Of a DNA stretch of 64,000 bases, positions 25,216 through 37,399 are shown piece by piece (position 1 is the stretch's first letter; each line of letters opens with the position of its first letter). A program made the translations under genes and the position numbers. Origin of the DNA: Camelus dromedarius (taxonomy: Eukaryota). The stretch covers positions 40,984,001 to 41,048,000 of the forward strand of contig NC_087437.1 in the NCBI RefSeq assembly GCF_036321535.1, read 5' to 3'. The notes beneath the pieces were generated by a model. The model had not been told where the DNA came from. It did no database searches and saw nothing but the letters and a program-made list of their open reading frames with translations.

Positions 25216-26312
25216 TTAAAAAAAAAGCAAACAACCCACCTCCAAAACCTTGCTATTATTATACTAAGACAATTCACATTTCTACAAAGACTCCAAAGCA
25301 ACCTAAAAATGTTTATGATAAGTAGGAAAATGAAAATATAAAACTGCTTACTAGATTAAAACTGTGTAAAATATGTTTACATGTGGACAAAAAGTAAAAG
25401 GAAATCATTGGATAATTGCAGTTAATGGTAACATTTTTAAAGAATTATACAACACAATATAAAGTATAGAAAGTAATCAATTTAAATTGGGTAAAACAAA
25501 TCCAGGAATCACATTTGCATTTTTCACTATGCAAAATGAATAGAAAAGAGTTCTATAGACAGTATGCTTGATAAAGAAATTGAAGACTTTCAAGAAGACT
25601 TTAGTTAGGATTAATCTGAGCTCCCACATCCTATGAGGTCAATGGTTTGGTTGCCATCAGCACTCCAAACAACAAAATGCTATCATTAAACATGACTTAT
25701 CCAACTGTGTAACTGGAACTAAAACTTGCAGTTTATACCTATAATTTAACAAAAGGTCACAGCATGGTCACTGAATATAAATAAAACAATTACAAAGTTT
25801 TTTTATTTTCTTTACCATACTCAGTGACCATATACTTTATCCTTTGTATTTATGGCTTTCAACTTATTCTATTTAAGAATACCAAATTCTGACACACATT
25901 AATATACAAAAACTTGCTGGTGGAACATGAAGTCCAATAAGTTCTTAAAAGTCTTAAGTCTGGTAAGGGAAAAGAAATACCTGGGAAGGAGTTATCTAAA
26001 CTTGAAATAATCTACAACAAAGGGAATAATAATTTAACTAAACATTAAACTCACAATATGGAGTCACTTGTTCTGAGAAATAATAAGTGTTCAAATTTTT
26101 ATAAATGCAAGAATGTTAAAAGTGGCAAACTAGCAATCATCCTAGATAAGGCACAAGTGTTAAATATCAATATCACTATTTCTCCAATTTCTAAGCTAAG
26201 TGGTAGCTAATAGTTAGAAAAACCTAGAAAACTACTTGTGGGTGTTATTAAATTACAATAGAGAGCAGAGGGTATTTGCACCTTTAAGAAACAAGGAGAA
26301 ATTAGTACTTAC

Positions 26313-26417
26313 TTGATAATCATTTCTCTTAATATTTGGAACATCCATGTTGTGAGTAGAAGGGCAAATATCTTCATACTTTTTGCCCGTGAAAATATCA
26401 ATGCCAACAAGGTGAAC
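26313..26417 (-). CDS. EIF5A2: EIF5A2 second coding exon
   Basis: 105 nt, [35 protein letters not shown]; ctctgttag acceptor, gtaagt donor. Confidence 0.97.
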
Positions 26418-26964
26418 CTAACAGAGAGGAGAGAACAGGAAACCTGTTTAATCTTTGCCAAGGTATCACTCATTACATACACAAGAGCACAATACCAACG
26501 CTGATTATGGCAGATTCTTTCTGCTTCCAAGGTCATCTAATTTTACTTTCTTAAAAAAAAAATGTACTGGTCATACAATTGAGAAGCAGTGAACAACTAA
26601 ACAGTATCATGACATATCAAGCAAGACCCAATAGCAATATACAGTTCAATTCAATCGTAAAGTGCTTAAGAAAAATGAAATTAGGTTTCTTAGAATGATG
26701 TTAGAACAAGTTTTCTCATTTGTAAAATGAATAGATTGCCTAAATCACTAGGATTCAGGAAAGTTTCAGTTCCTAGTAAATGAAACATAAGGGCCCAGGA
26801 GGGAAATGCTACCTTTCAGTATTCAAATAGCTGATCACCCAGTAATTATGGGATGAAAAAATTGTGTTATTATATACAGTTGTAAGTACAGAAACCTCAT
26901 GTTCTGTAACGGAATGCAAAGGATCAAAATCCCAATGCCAAGACAGTCCTGGAAGGGCATTTAC

Positions 26965-27129
26965 CTTGGCATGACCGTGCTTTCCAGTTTTCGAAGTTGA
27001 CATATCCACTATTTTGCATGGTCGTCCTTTGAGCACCACGAAGCCGTTTTTGCGCAGGGCCGAACACTGCATAGGGTAAGTGCTGGAAGCCCCAGCATCT
27101 CCAGTAGTAAAATCAATTTCATCCGCCAT
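26965..27129 (-). CDS. EIF5A2: EIF5A2 first coding exon (contains hypusine-site Lys50); exon begins at ~27165
   Basis: [55 protein letters not shown]; Kozak accATGG; donor gtaaat; four coding exons sum to 462 nt = 153 aa plus stop. Confidence 0.98.
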
Positions 27130-27339
27130 GGTAGGCTGGGGGAGATGGTTGCTTTTCTGAAGGAACTATGCAAAAAGTTTGCTTGCTTTTTAACAACTGG
27201 CATGCAGGCAGGCAAACGCCTCATTTCGGATAGGTTACGAGCCAAGCATCATGGATCTATTATTTTTGCATTTATAGAACACCCACCTATAATAATGGGG
27301 ACTTTCTAACTCTGGCCTCTACAAACTTTTCCATCCACT

Positions 27340-28570
27340 AGTCGGGAGGTGGGAGGGAAGTCGCAGAAGAGCTCGCTGGGGGTGGGGGATACCCGCCCAA
27401 GGCGTTCACCTGCGCTGAGGGCTGGAAATCCCGGCCCCCACCGTCCCATCGCAGGAGAAGCCAAAGACCTTTCCGCACCGCGCCGCCCGCCCTCCGCGCC
27501 GCCCGGATCCCCACGGCGGGGGGCCCAGCCCAGCCCAGGCCGCACGTCCCCGCGAAGGATGAGAATAACAGGACCTGGCTAGCAGCACCCGGCCCTTTGG
27601 CAGCCGGCGCGCACTCCTTCCCCCAGCCGGCCGCGCCGTCACCCCGACCTCTCAGACGCCCCCTGTCCTGCCCGCATGCCCGGCCCGGCGCCGCACGGGC
27701 CTGAGCCCTGGCGGGTCCAGCGCTCGCCTCGGTCCCTCATCCATCCTTCCTTCCATTCTCGGTCAGAGCTCGGCGCCGGCTGCCTTCCCCGGCCCTGCCT
27801 TGCTCCGGTCCCAACCCCACCAGCTTTTCTCTATGCCTTCACCTTTCAGCAGGGGAAGAGTGCCTTTCGCTTGCGCACCCGCGCCGGTCCCCTACAGCTG
27901 CGGCGGCGGCAGCGGTGGCGGCCGCGGCAGTTCCGAGAGACGGGGCGGGGCCGCCACACTTTCCACACCCCGGCCTCCCCGCCCTTTCCCACCCCCACCC
28001 CAGTCCCACTTCCGGGATAGGTCCCGGCGCGTCATAGGAACCGCCCTCCCGCGCTACCATTGGCTATAAGGTTCTCGAGGCCCCGCCCAGTCACGTGAAG
28101 AGTGCCCTGGCAACCCCACGTGCTGCGGATTAGTGCACTTCCGGCATGAAGAGCACTTTCTGGAGTCCGGTTGCTGAGGGCAAACTCACTGGCGAGGAAA
28201 CTTGCTTCCTCAAACTTTCAGGTTCGTTCGTTGCGTTTGGGTCCCAGTCGAAGGTAACGGGAAGCAAGCCGCTCACTGGTTGGCCCTTGCCCTCAGGTGC
28301 GTGGTGGTTGTCACGTGACAGCTGTCAGAACTCGCGAGGCGCTCGAATTCAACGGATGTCCCTCGTGGCTGTGGAGGGAACTTTGGGTTCCAACTTCTGT
28401 CCCAACATGCAGCCCTACTTGGCGTTCAACACCACGCTTGTTCCTCGAGGAAAAGCCTGAGTGAAGTATTTTATTACCCGGCTGCCGCTGCTGGCTCCGC
28501 AGGGGACCCTAGGTACTCATAAGATTCTGGCAGCGACTGCCACTGGTGGCCCGGCCGGATCAGCAGAGCA
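27340..28570 (-). promoter_or_regulatory. EIF5A2: EIF5A2 CpG-island promoter
   Basis: Dense CpG; GC boxes at 27942-27950 and 28081-28088; ACTTCCGG (ETS) at 28008-28015 and 28137-28144; minus-strand CCAAT at 28063-28059; CACGTG at 28092, 28117 and 28312. Confidence 0.85.
27843..27935 (-). other. EIF5A2: EIF5A2 non-coding exon 1 (5' boundary approximate)
   Basis: GC-rich leader with (GCC)n ending ctgaaag|gtgaag donor inside the CpG island. Confidence 0.6.
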
Positions 28571-29729
28571 CTTTGGGGTGGGAACTCCGGAGACATCCAC
28601 GAACTAAAAAGCAACTGTGAAATTACCTAATTCACTCCTCACACCAGAAGCTGTTACGGCATGCTGGAGGCGAGTGGTGCCTAACTCCTACTGCATCGTC
28701 CAGCAAAAAGATGTTCTGCCAAACTCAGCTCTTCCTTCCTTCTGGCTTTGGCATTCCTTCCAGTTTGAGGTATGTCCTTACCTCATTAAATGAGCAGTTG
28801 GGTTGTCTTGGAATCAACCTCGAGCCAATAGCGCCTTGAATAGGATTAGGACCAAGGTTCTTAAAAAGAGATGCTTTCCCCTTTTCTCACTGGCTTCACA
28901 GCCCACCACATTCTCCTACTTAGAGGGGTGACCTTTACACCCCAGTTTATGTGGCCCTGAGATTTTGTATCACTATTTCATGAAAAATCCCATTTCTCAC
29001 ATTCCTATGTGGCACTATGGTTTATTTTTTTACACAGACATTTCACACATGTTGTCCAGTCTAACCTTTACAATAAGCAAGCGAACTCCCATAACCTGAG
29101 CTCAGCTGCTAATATGTGAAAGAGCCAGATCAGAGCTCTGGTTCATGAATCCACTCTGCATTTTCCTTATGCCACCTAACCTTTACCTGTCGTTTATTGT
29201 TAGAATAAGCACCAATATTTAAAAAGTATATAAGCAGTTAGTACATTAAATGTTTTATGTGCATTATTCCTTTAATCTTGACTGTTACTTCTTCTTTAAC
29301 CTCAAATTTGTTATGATTTATGCAAACTGAAATTTGCCCTTTTTAATTATATGAGTTTTGAAAAACATAGGACGTTATATAACTACCACTATGATCCTAT
29401 AATCAAGGTATAGGATATTTCCCTTATTTCAAAAGTTTGTGCCTCTTTCTGGTCACTTCTCTCCCCTACACCCAGCCCTTGGCAACCTTTAGAAACTATC
29501 TGTTCACATTTTTAGTTGTGGAAAAAGGCAGAGAAATGTTAAGCAATTTGCCCCAAATTACATAGCTAGCAAGTCAGAGAGCCAGGACTGAACTCTAAGA
29601 CAGTTTGGCTCCACAGTCACTATCACCATATACTACTATATGTTACCTGTATACCACCATATACTGCATTCTCACAAGATTTGGACTGGAATCAAATGAT
29701 CTAGCTCATTCATTCAACAAATCTCGTAA

Positions 29730-30343
29730 AGTTGCTGGAACACTGAATTAGCAAATACTGAACCATTGCTCCTAGGGGAAATAGAGAGTTATGTTCCTGT
29801 GAGCCTCTGGTCACAACATTTTAATCAGCTAACCAACATATTGCTTTATGTGTATTTCTGTTTGAAGACATCTTATTTAATATATATTGATTAATTAGCA
29901 TTTAACTCACAGCCAACAGCAGCATAATTTATGCTCAAAGGATGCTTTTGTAAAACATATATGTTCCCTATAAGGCACATCACAGCCTTCCTGAACTTAG
30001 AAATACTAGATGGCACTTTAGTACTGTGCTTGGCGACCATTTTAAACAGCAAAATCACTGACACAAAAATGACAAAAGTCACAAAAATGTGAAAAAGTGG
30101 CACAAATAGACTGTGAAAAGAACACTTGTTTACAGTTTGATAGTTGAAACAAGAAGGTAGAGCATTGCTTTGTTTGACCTCTGCTAGGAAAATATGTATT
30201 GGATGACTCAAATCTGCTGTTCCGTTAATGTCCACAAATGACCGTGAAAGCACAGCAAGTATTGATTTTGGGGTTACAAGTAAATTTTAGTGACTAGGCA
30301 TATTCACAAATATGGCATCCATGAATAATGAGGACTGACTGTT
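29730..30343. mobile_element. TcMar-Tigger non-autonomous element (MER82-like)
   Basis: cactgaattagcaaatactgaaccattgctcctagggg…gaataatgaggactgactg matches the recalled consensus. Confidence 0.75.
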
Positions 30344-30524
30344 TTTATTTTAGTGCCCTCAGCAGTGAGATTACCATGTTGACCAATATAGCCCCTTGTT
30401 CTTTAGGTGCTTGCAGTCCAGTGCAAGATATAATGAAGCAATTTTAACAGGTACAATAAATGCTGCTAAAGAATTTACTACAGGGTGCTGGAAAAAGGGG
30501 CTTGGTCCTCCTCATCTAGTCTAG

Positions 30525-30813
30525 GTATTGTCCAGTTGAAATATAATGCAAGTCACATGTAATTTTGAGTTTTATTGTATCCACATAAAAAAGTAAGGAT
30601 GAAATTAATTTCAATTATATATTTTATTTAACCCAATACATCCAATATGTTATTTCACTTGTAACCAATATAAAATTATTAATAAGATAATTTTTCATTT
30701 TTTATACTAAGCCTTCAAAATCTGGTGTAGCGTACATCTCAGTCCAGACTAGCCACATTCAAGTGTTCAGTAGCTATGTATGACTGGTGGCTATCATATT
30801 GGACATCACAGGT
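30525..30813. mobile_element. hAT-Charlie MITE (MER33-like) inside an L2 remnant
   Basis: tgtccagttgaaatataatgcaagtcacat…gtggctatcatattggaca; inverted termini tgtcca/tggaca. Confidence 0.75.
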
Positions 30814-31529
30814 CTAGGAGATTTTAACACTACTTATCTGGGGACGATATCTTAATTTGAGATCTGAAAAATGAGTAAAAGTTAGCAATGATGAGGTATT
30901 TGGAAAAGGCATTTTAAGCAAAGGGATTAGGAGTACAAGGGCCTATAGCTCACAGAATTGTGGCATCATCCTGGACTGCATATGGTTTAGTGTCAGTGGT
31001 GTGTATTCTAAAAAGAGATGGGTGAATATGGATTTTCTCCCAAGGGCAATAGAGAAACATCGAAACAGTACACATAAAAAATGACAAGACAGTATTTTTT
31101 AATTAGAAAGTCCTTTCTGGTTGTGATAAGAATTAATTTTTTTAGGGTGATAAAATGTTGGAAAAACAAAACCAATAGTAAGGAATATTTATGTTGGTGA
31201 ACAAAGGTGGTGACTATGAGAATACAGAGAAGACAGATTCAGGAAAATTATAAGGGATAATGCAAAGAATGTCATAATTAATTGAATGTTGAGGGTCAAA
31301 ATGTGAAGGGAGACACAGGAAGTAAAGAGGAAAGAGTCAAGTTAAAAACTGTGAAGATTTGTTGGCACCATTTGTTGTGATAGAAAATATAAGAGAAAAA
31401 ATAAATTTCCAGGGAAAGTTGAGTTCATTTTTGGGTAGATCAAGTTTAAGTTTCCCGTGGGAGAGAGTTATATTTTAGAGATAAACATTTATGAATCATC
31501 AGTATATAGATGTTGATTAAAGCTAAAGC

Positions 31530-33075
31530 AAGAGACTTACTTCAGTTTTAGGGACACACACAGACTGAAAGTGAAGGAGTGGAAAAGATATTCCATGCAA
31601 ATAGAAACCAAAAGAAATCTGGGGTAGCTATACTTATATCAGACAAAATAGACTTTAAGACAAAGACTGTAATAAGAGACAAAGAAGGTCATATAATGAT
31701 ATAGGGGTCAATCCAGAAAGATGATTAACATTTATAAATATTTATGCACCCAACATAGGAGCACCTAAATTTTTAAAGCAAATATTAACAGACCAAAAGG
31801 GAGAACTAGATAACAATACATTAATAGTAGGGGACTTCAATATCCCACTTTCACAATGGATAGATCATCCAGACAGAAAATAATTAAGGAAACATTGGAT
31901 TAAAACTACCTGTTTGACTAGATGGACAATATTTACAAAACATTCCACCTGATAGTAGCAGAAAACACATTCTTATCAAGCACACATGAACAATTAAATG
32001 CTAACAAATTGGGCAACCTAGAAGAAATGGATAAATTATTGGATTCATACAACCTACCAAGACTGAATCATGAAAAATAGAAAATCTGAAGAGATCAATT
32101 AAATAAGGAGATTAAACAAATAATCAAAACCTCCTAACAAAGAAAAGTCCAGGACCAGATGGCTCCACTAGTGAATTATACCAACATTTAAAGAATAATT
32201 AACACTAATCCTTTATAAACTTTCCCAACAAGTTGAAGAGGAGGGATCACTTCTAGACTAATTTTATGAGGTCAGCATTACTCTGATAACAAGACCAGAC
32301 TAGGACTCTATAAGAAAAGAAAATAACAGGTTAATAACCCTAGGAAACATAGTGCAAAAATCCTCCACAAAAATATTAGCAAACTTAAATCAGTACATTA
32401 AAAGGATCTATTCCAGGGATGCAAGGATGGTTCAACATATGTAAATCAATCTATGTGATACACCACATTAACAAAATGAAGGATACAAATTATATGATTA
32501 TCTCAATAAATGCAGAAAAAGCATTTGACAAAATTCAACATCCAGCAATTCTACACTTAGTTATATACCCAAGAGAATTGAAAACATACATCCCCCCAAA
32601 AACAACTTGTACACCAATGTTCATAACAGCATTATTCATTATAGAAAAAAAACTGTTTAATTTATCTAACTGATGAACAGATAAATGAAATGTGCTATTC
32701 CATATAATGGAATATTCAGGAATAAAAAGGATTAAAGTACTTATAAATAGTACAATATGGACAGACCTTGAAATTATGCTACATGAAAAAAAGCCAGTCG
32801 CAAATGGCTGCATGTTGACTGATTCCATTTATGTGAAGTGTCTAGAATAGGCAAATCCATAGAAACAGACAGTAGATTCGTGGTTGACAGGGCATAGGTG
32901 TTGGGCAGAATAAGAAATGACTGCTAATTGGTACAGGGCTTCATTTAGGGTGATGAAAATGTACTGAAAATAGATAATGTGATGGTTGCACGACTCTGAA
33001 TATATTAAAAATCAATGAATTGTACACTTTAAAGGGGGAAATACATGGTACATGAATTACAACTCAATAAAGTTG
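31530..33075 (+). mobile_element. L1 ORF2 (EN and RT pieces, internally deleted) plus 3' end
   Basis: WKKIFHAN…, [51 protein letters not shown]; ends ctcaataaa. Confidence 0.9.
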
Positions 33076-33467
33076 TTACTTAAGAAAAGATAAAAAATAA
33101 GGATCAATACTCATCCACTCAGCATAAATAATTTTGCCATACCATAGTGAGTCCTTTTGCCAGCCTATTCCTTTTATGTGTTTTACATGAAAACCTCCAT
33201 TTGTTGTCATGAGTTTCCTGAATATTAATAAAAAATAGAAAAAATCAATATATTTCACTATATTAACAGAAAAATATTGAAAAACATATGATCATCTCAA
33301 TAGATACAGGAAAAAGCATTTGACAAAATTCAATACCCATTCCTGAGAAAAACATTCAGCAAACTAAGAATACAAAGGAACTTCTTCAACCCAATAAAGG
33401 ACACCTGTGGGGGAACAAAAAACAACTAACATCATACTCAACAGTGAAAGACTGATTGTATTCTCTC

Positions 33468-34628
33468 TGTATTTCTTTTCTATTGTGCCATAACAAATTG
33501 CCACAAATTTAGTGTCCTAAAATAATGCCCATTTTAAAATCACACCGTTCTGTACATCAGAAGTCCATGCACAGTGTGGCTCAGTCTGTTCTCTGCTCTG
33601 GATTTTAGCAGGCCAAACTCAAGGTTTTAGCAGGGCTGTGTTTTTTTTCTGGAGATTCTAAGGATGAATCTACTTTCAAGTTCATTCAGATTATTGGCAC
33701 AATTCAGCTCCAGGCAGTTTTATTGTTAGAGTCCCTATTTCCTTGATGGCTGTTAGATGGAGATTGTTCTTAGCTTATATAAGTCACTTGTGTTTCTTGG
33801 CTCATGGACCCTTTCCTCCTTCAAAACCAGCACAATGGCAGGTCAAGTCCTTCTTATGCTTTGAATCTCTCTGATCACCCATTCTTCGTCATCTTTCCTC
33901 TCCTCCTTCTCCTTCTTTACCATCTCTCCAACTGACTTTTCTGCTTTCTTCTTCTACTTTTAAGGGCTTAAGTAATTATACTGGGCCCCACAGGGTAATC
34001 TTCCTAATTTAAGGTAAAGCTGATTAGTAACCTTAATTCCATCTTCAGAGTCTCTACACAGCAGTACCTAGATTAGTGCAGGCATACCTTAGAGATATTT
34101 TGGGTTTGGTCCCAGACCACTGCAACTAAGTGAATATCACAATTAACTGAGTCACACAATTAGTTGTTGTTGTTTCCCAGTGCATGTAAAAGTTATGCTT
34201 ACACTATACTGTAGTCTAATAAGTGTGCAACAGCATCATGTCTTTAAAAGTGTATGTACGTTAATTTAAAAATACTTTATTGCTAAAAAGTCCAACAATA
34301 ATCTGAACCTTCCGCAAGTCATAGTATTAACATCAAAGATCACTGATCACACATCACCTCAACAAACTTAATAATTATGAAAAGATTTGAAATATTGCAA
34401 GAATTGCCAAAATATGACACAGAGATACAAAGTGAGCAAAGGCTGTTGGAAAAATGGCACCAATAGACTTGCTTGACTCAATGTTGCCACAAACCTTCAA
34501 TGTGTAAAAGTGCAATATCTACAAAGCGTGACAAAGTGAAGCACAATAAAACAAGGTATACTTGTATTTGATTGAATAATGAGAGGATGGGAATTTGAGA
34601 GGACATTTTTAGAATTCTGCCTATCGTA
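33468..34628. mobile_element. MaLR (MLT1-type) solo LTR, interrupted by Tigger1
   Basis: tgtatt…ataacaaattgccacaaatttagtg…tctggagattctaaggatgaatc…; resumes after 34566 with tttagaattctgcct. Confidence 0.7.
34079..34564 (-). mobile_element. Internally deleted Tigger1 DNA transposon
   Basis: Termini CAGGCATACCTT and AAGGTATACTTG form imperfect TIRs, TA on the right flank; both Tigger1 end sequences recognisable. Confidence 0.8.
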
Positions 34629-35389
34629 TCTTCTAAGAACAGGAACAAGACCAGGATACCCACTGTAATCACTTCTATTCAACATCGTATTGGAGATCCT
34701 ACCCATTGCAATGAGATAAGAAAAAGAAAAAGTATACAGATCAGAAGTTACTTTATTCACGATGTAATTATCATCTAGTTGAAAATTCCATAGAATCTAT
34801 AAAAGGGGAACTAGAATTAACAAGTGAGATTACTAGAATTAGTAAGTGAGGATAAAGGCCAATAGGAAAATCAATTATATTTCTATGTTAGTGACAATTA
34901 GAAATTAAATATATTTTTTAAAGGAACCATTTATAATAGCATCAAAATTAAATACAGGGATAAATCCTCACTGTGCATAGTGATTATCTTCCAAACAGTA
35001 CAATACAGGAAGAGGGAAAAACAGTGACTTTACAGTGGAGAAACCTATCAACACTACTTCAGCCAGGTGATCAAGGTCAAAATCAGCAGTAATAAAGAAA
35101 TATTGATAATATGTACCTTTAATATGAAGAAAACATCAATTCACCTCTGTAGTCTTCATCCCTAAACCTATATCCCCAGTCTAATCATGAGAAACACAGG
35201 AGACATATTCCAGTAGAGGGACATTTTATAAAATATTTGACTAGTACTCCTCAAAAATGTAGAGATCATCAAAATAAAGTCTGAGAAACTGTCATAGCCA
35301 AGAGGAACCCAAGGAAACATGACATGCAGTATAATGTAATATAATATCCTGGATAGGATTCTGGGACATAAACATACATTAGTTTTAAA

Positions 35390-36240
35390 AAAGCCCAAGT
35401 AAAAGACAAAACCTCAGAAAAAACAAAATGAAATAAAGACAAGCAATTTACCAGATAAAGAGTTCAAAGTCATAGTCATAAAATTACTCAGTAACATGGG
35501 AGAAGGATGGATGAACTTAGTAAGAATTTCAACAGAGTTAGAAAATATTTTTAAGAAACCAAACAGAGAAAAACTACAAAACAGCCAGAAAACAACAAAA
35601 TAGCAATAATAATACCTATCAATAATTACTTTAAATATAAGTGGAATAAATGCTTCAATCAAAACACATAGGATGGCTGAATGGATGAAAAACAAGACCC
35701 ATGTATAAACTGAAAAAAGACTCATTTTAGATTAAAAAAAAAAAGATGTGGTATATATTTACAATGAAACACTATTCAGCCATAAAAAGGAATGAAATCT
35801 TACCATTTATAACAACATGGATGGAACTTCAGGACACTATTCTAAATGACATAAGTCATACAGAGAAATACAAATACTGTATTGTTTCACTTATATGTAG
35901 AATCTAAAAAACAAAACAAACAGAACAAAACAGAAACAGATCTGTAGAGAACAAACTGATGGTCGCCAGAGAGGATAGGGGTCAGTGAATGAGGGAAATA
36001 GGTGAAGGAGATTCAAAGGTACAAAATTCCAGTTATAAAATAAGTAAGTCTCAGAGATACAATGTACAGCATAGAGAATATAGTCAATAATACTGTAATA
36101 ACTTTGTATGGTGATAGATGGTTATTAGATTTATTGTGATGATCAGTTTGTAATGTATATAAAGGTCCAATTACTATATTGTACACCTGAAATGGATATA
36201 ATATTGTATGTCAACTTTACTTCAATTAAAAAATAAAAAG
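35390..36240 (+). mobile_element. L1 fragments ending in a 3' UTR and A tail
   Basis: ctatcaataattactttaaat…; cagccataaaaaggaatgaaatc…; ends ttcaattaaaaaataaaa. Confidence 0.8.
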
Positions 36241-36388
36241 GAAAAAATCCGTATTCCTAAAAATTTATTTTCACATTTAATGTTTGTTTTATGCTAATCA
36301 AAAGTGTGAAACATATAAAACATAGACAAAGTTGGAGATGTTTAAACACTTTATGGTATTTAATAAATACATACAAAATTTTATTTTA

Positions 36389-36862
36389 TTTTTTTAATTG
36401 AAGTATAGTTGATTTATAATGTGTTAGTTTCTGATGTACAGCAAAGTGATTTAGTTATACATGTATATATTCTTTTTCCTATTATTTCTCATTATGGTTT
36501 ATTACAAGATATCAAATATAGTTCCCTATGCTATACAGTAGGACCTTGTTCATATATTTTATATATAGTAGTTTGTATCTGCTAATTCTAAACTCCTAAT
36601 TTATTCCTTCTCCACCCCCTTTCTCCTTTGGTAACCATATTTGTTTTCGATGTCTCTGAGTCCATTTCTGTTTTGTAAGTAAGTTTATTTGTATCATATT
36701 TTAGATTCCACATTTAAGGGCTATCATATGATATTTGTCTGTTTCTGTCTGACTAACTTCATTTAATATGATAATCTCAAGGTCTGTCAATGTTGCTTCA
36801 AATGGCATTATTTCATTCTTCTTTATGGTTGAGGAGTATTCCACTGCATATCTGTATCTCTA

Positions 36863-36917
<55 letters not shown>

Positions 36918-37367
36918 ATCTTCTTCATCCATTCATCTGTTGATGAACATTTAGATTACTTCCATGTCTTGACTATTATAAATAGCTCTGCTATGAACAT
37001 TGGGGTGCATGTATCTTTTCAAATTAGAGTTTTCTCTCGGTATATACTCAGCAATGGGATTGCAGGATTGTATGGCAACTGTATCTTCAGTTTTTAAAGG
37101 AAACTCCATACTGTTTTCCATAGTGGCTGCACCAATTTAAATTCCTACCAACAATGTAGGAGGGTTCCCTTTTCTTCACACCCTCTCCAGCATTTATAAT
37201 TTGTAAACTTTTTAATGATGGCCATTCTGACCTGTGTGAGGTGATACCGCATTGTAAGTTTGACTTGTATTTCTCTAATAATTAGCAGTACTGAGCATCT
37301 TTCATGAGCCTATTGGCCATCTGTATGTCTTCTTTGGAGAGAGATCTATTCAGGTTGTCTGCCCATT
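36389..37367 (-). mobile_element. 5'-truncated L1, antisense, with TSD
   Basis: T-tail then antisense 3' UTR and ORF2 tail; TSD caaaattttatttta (36374-36388) / caaaaatttatttta (37368-37382). Confidence 0.9.
36863..36918. repeat. (TATC)n microsatellite
   Basis: About 13 tandem TATC units. Confidence 0.95.
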
Positions 37368-37399
37368 CAAAAATTTATTTTAGATAGAGCATATTCTTA

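Larger units (their letters stand above)
33230..34960 (+). mobile_element. Old L1 ORF2 RT fragment interrupted by an MLT1 LTR
   Basis: atgatcatctcaatagatacaggaaaaagcatttgacaaaattcaatacc before 33467 resumes at ~34633 (ctaagaacaggaacaagac…ttctattcaacatcgtattggag). Confidence 0.75.

Noticed and set aside
26809..26964. Extension of the 106-aa ORF beyond HGHAK ([11 protein letters not shown]…)
   Set aside because: Read-through into the intron past the AAG|gtaaat donor; not a real protein tail
27306..28460. Many overlapping 70-114 aa ORFs in the EIF5A2 CpG island
   Set aside because: Pro/Arg/Gly-rich frames expected from stop-poor GC-rich DNA; no homology recognised
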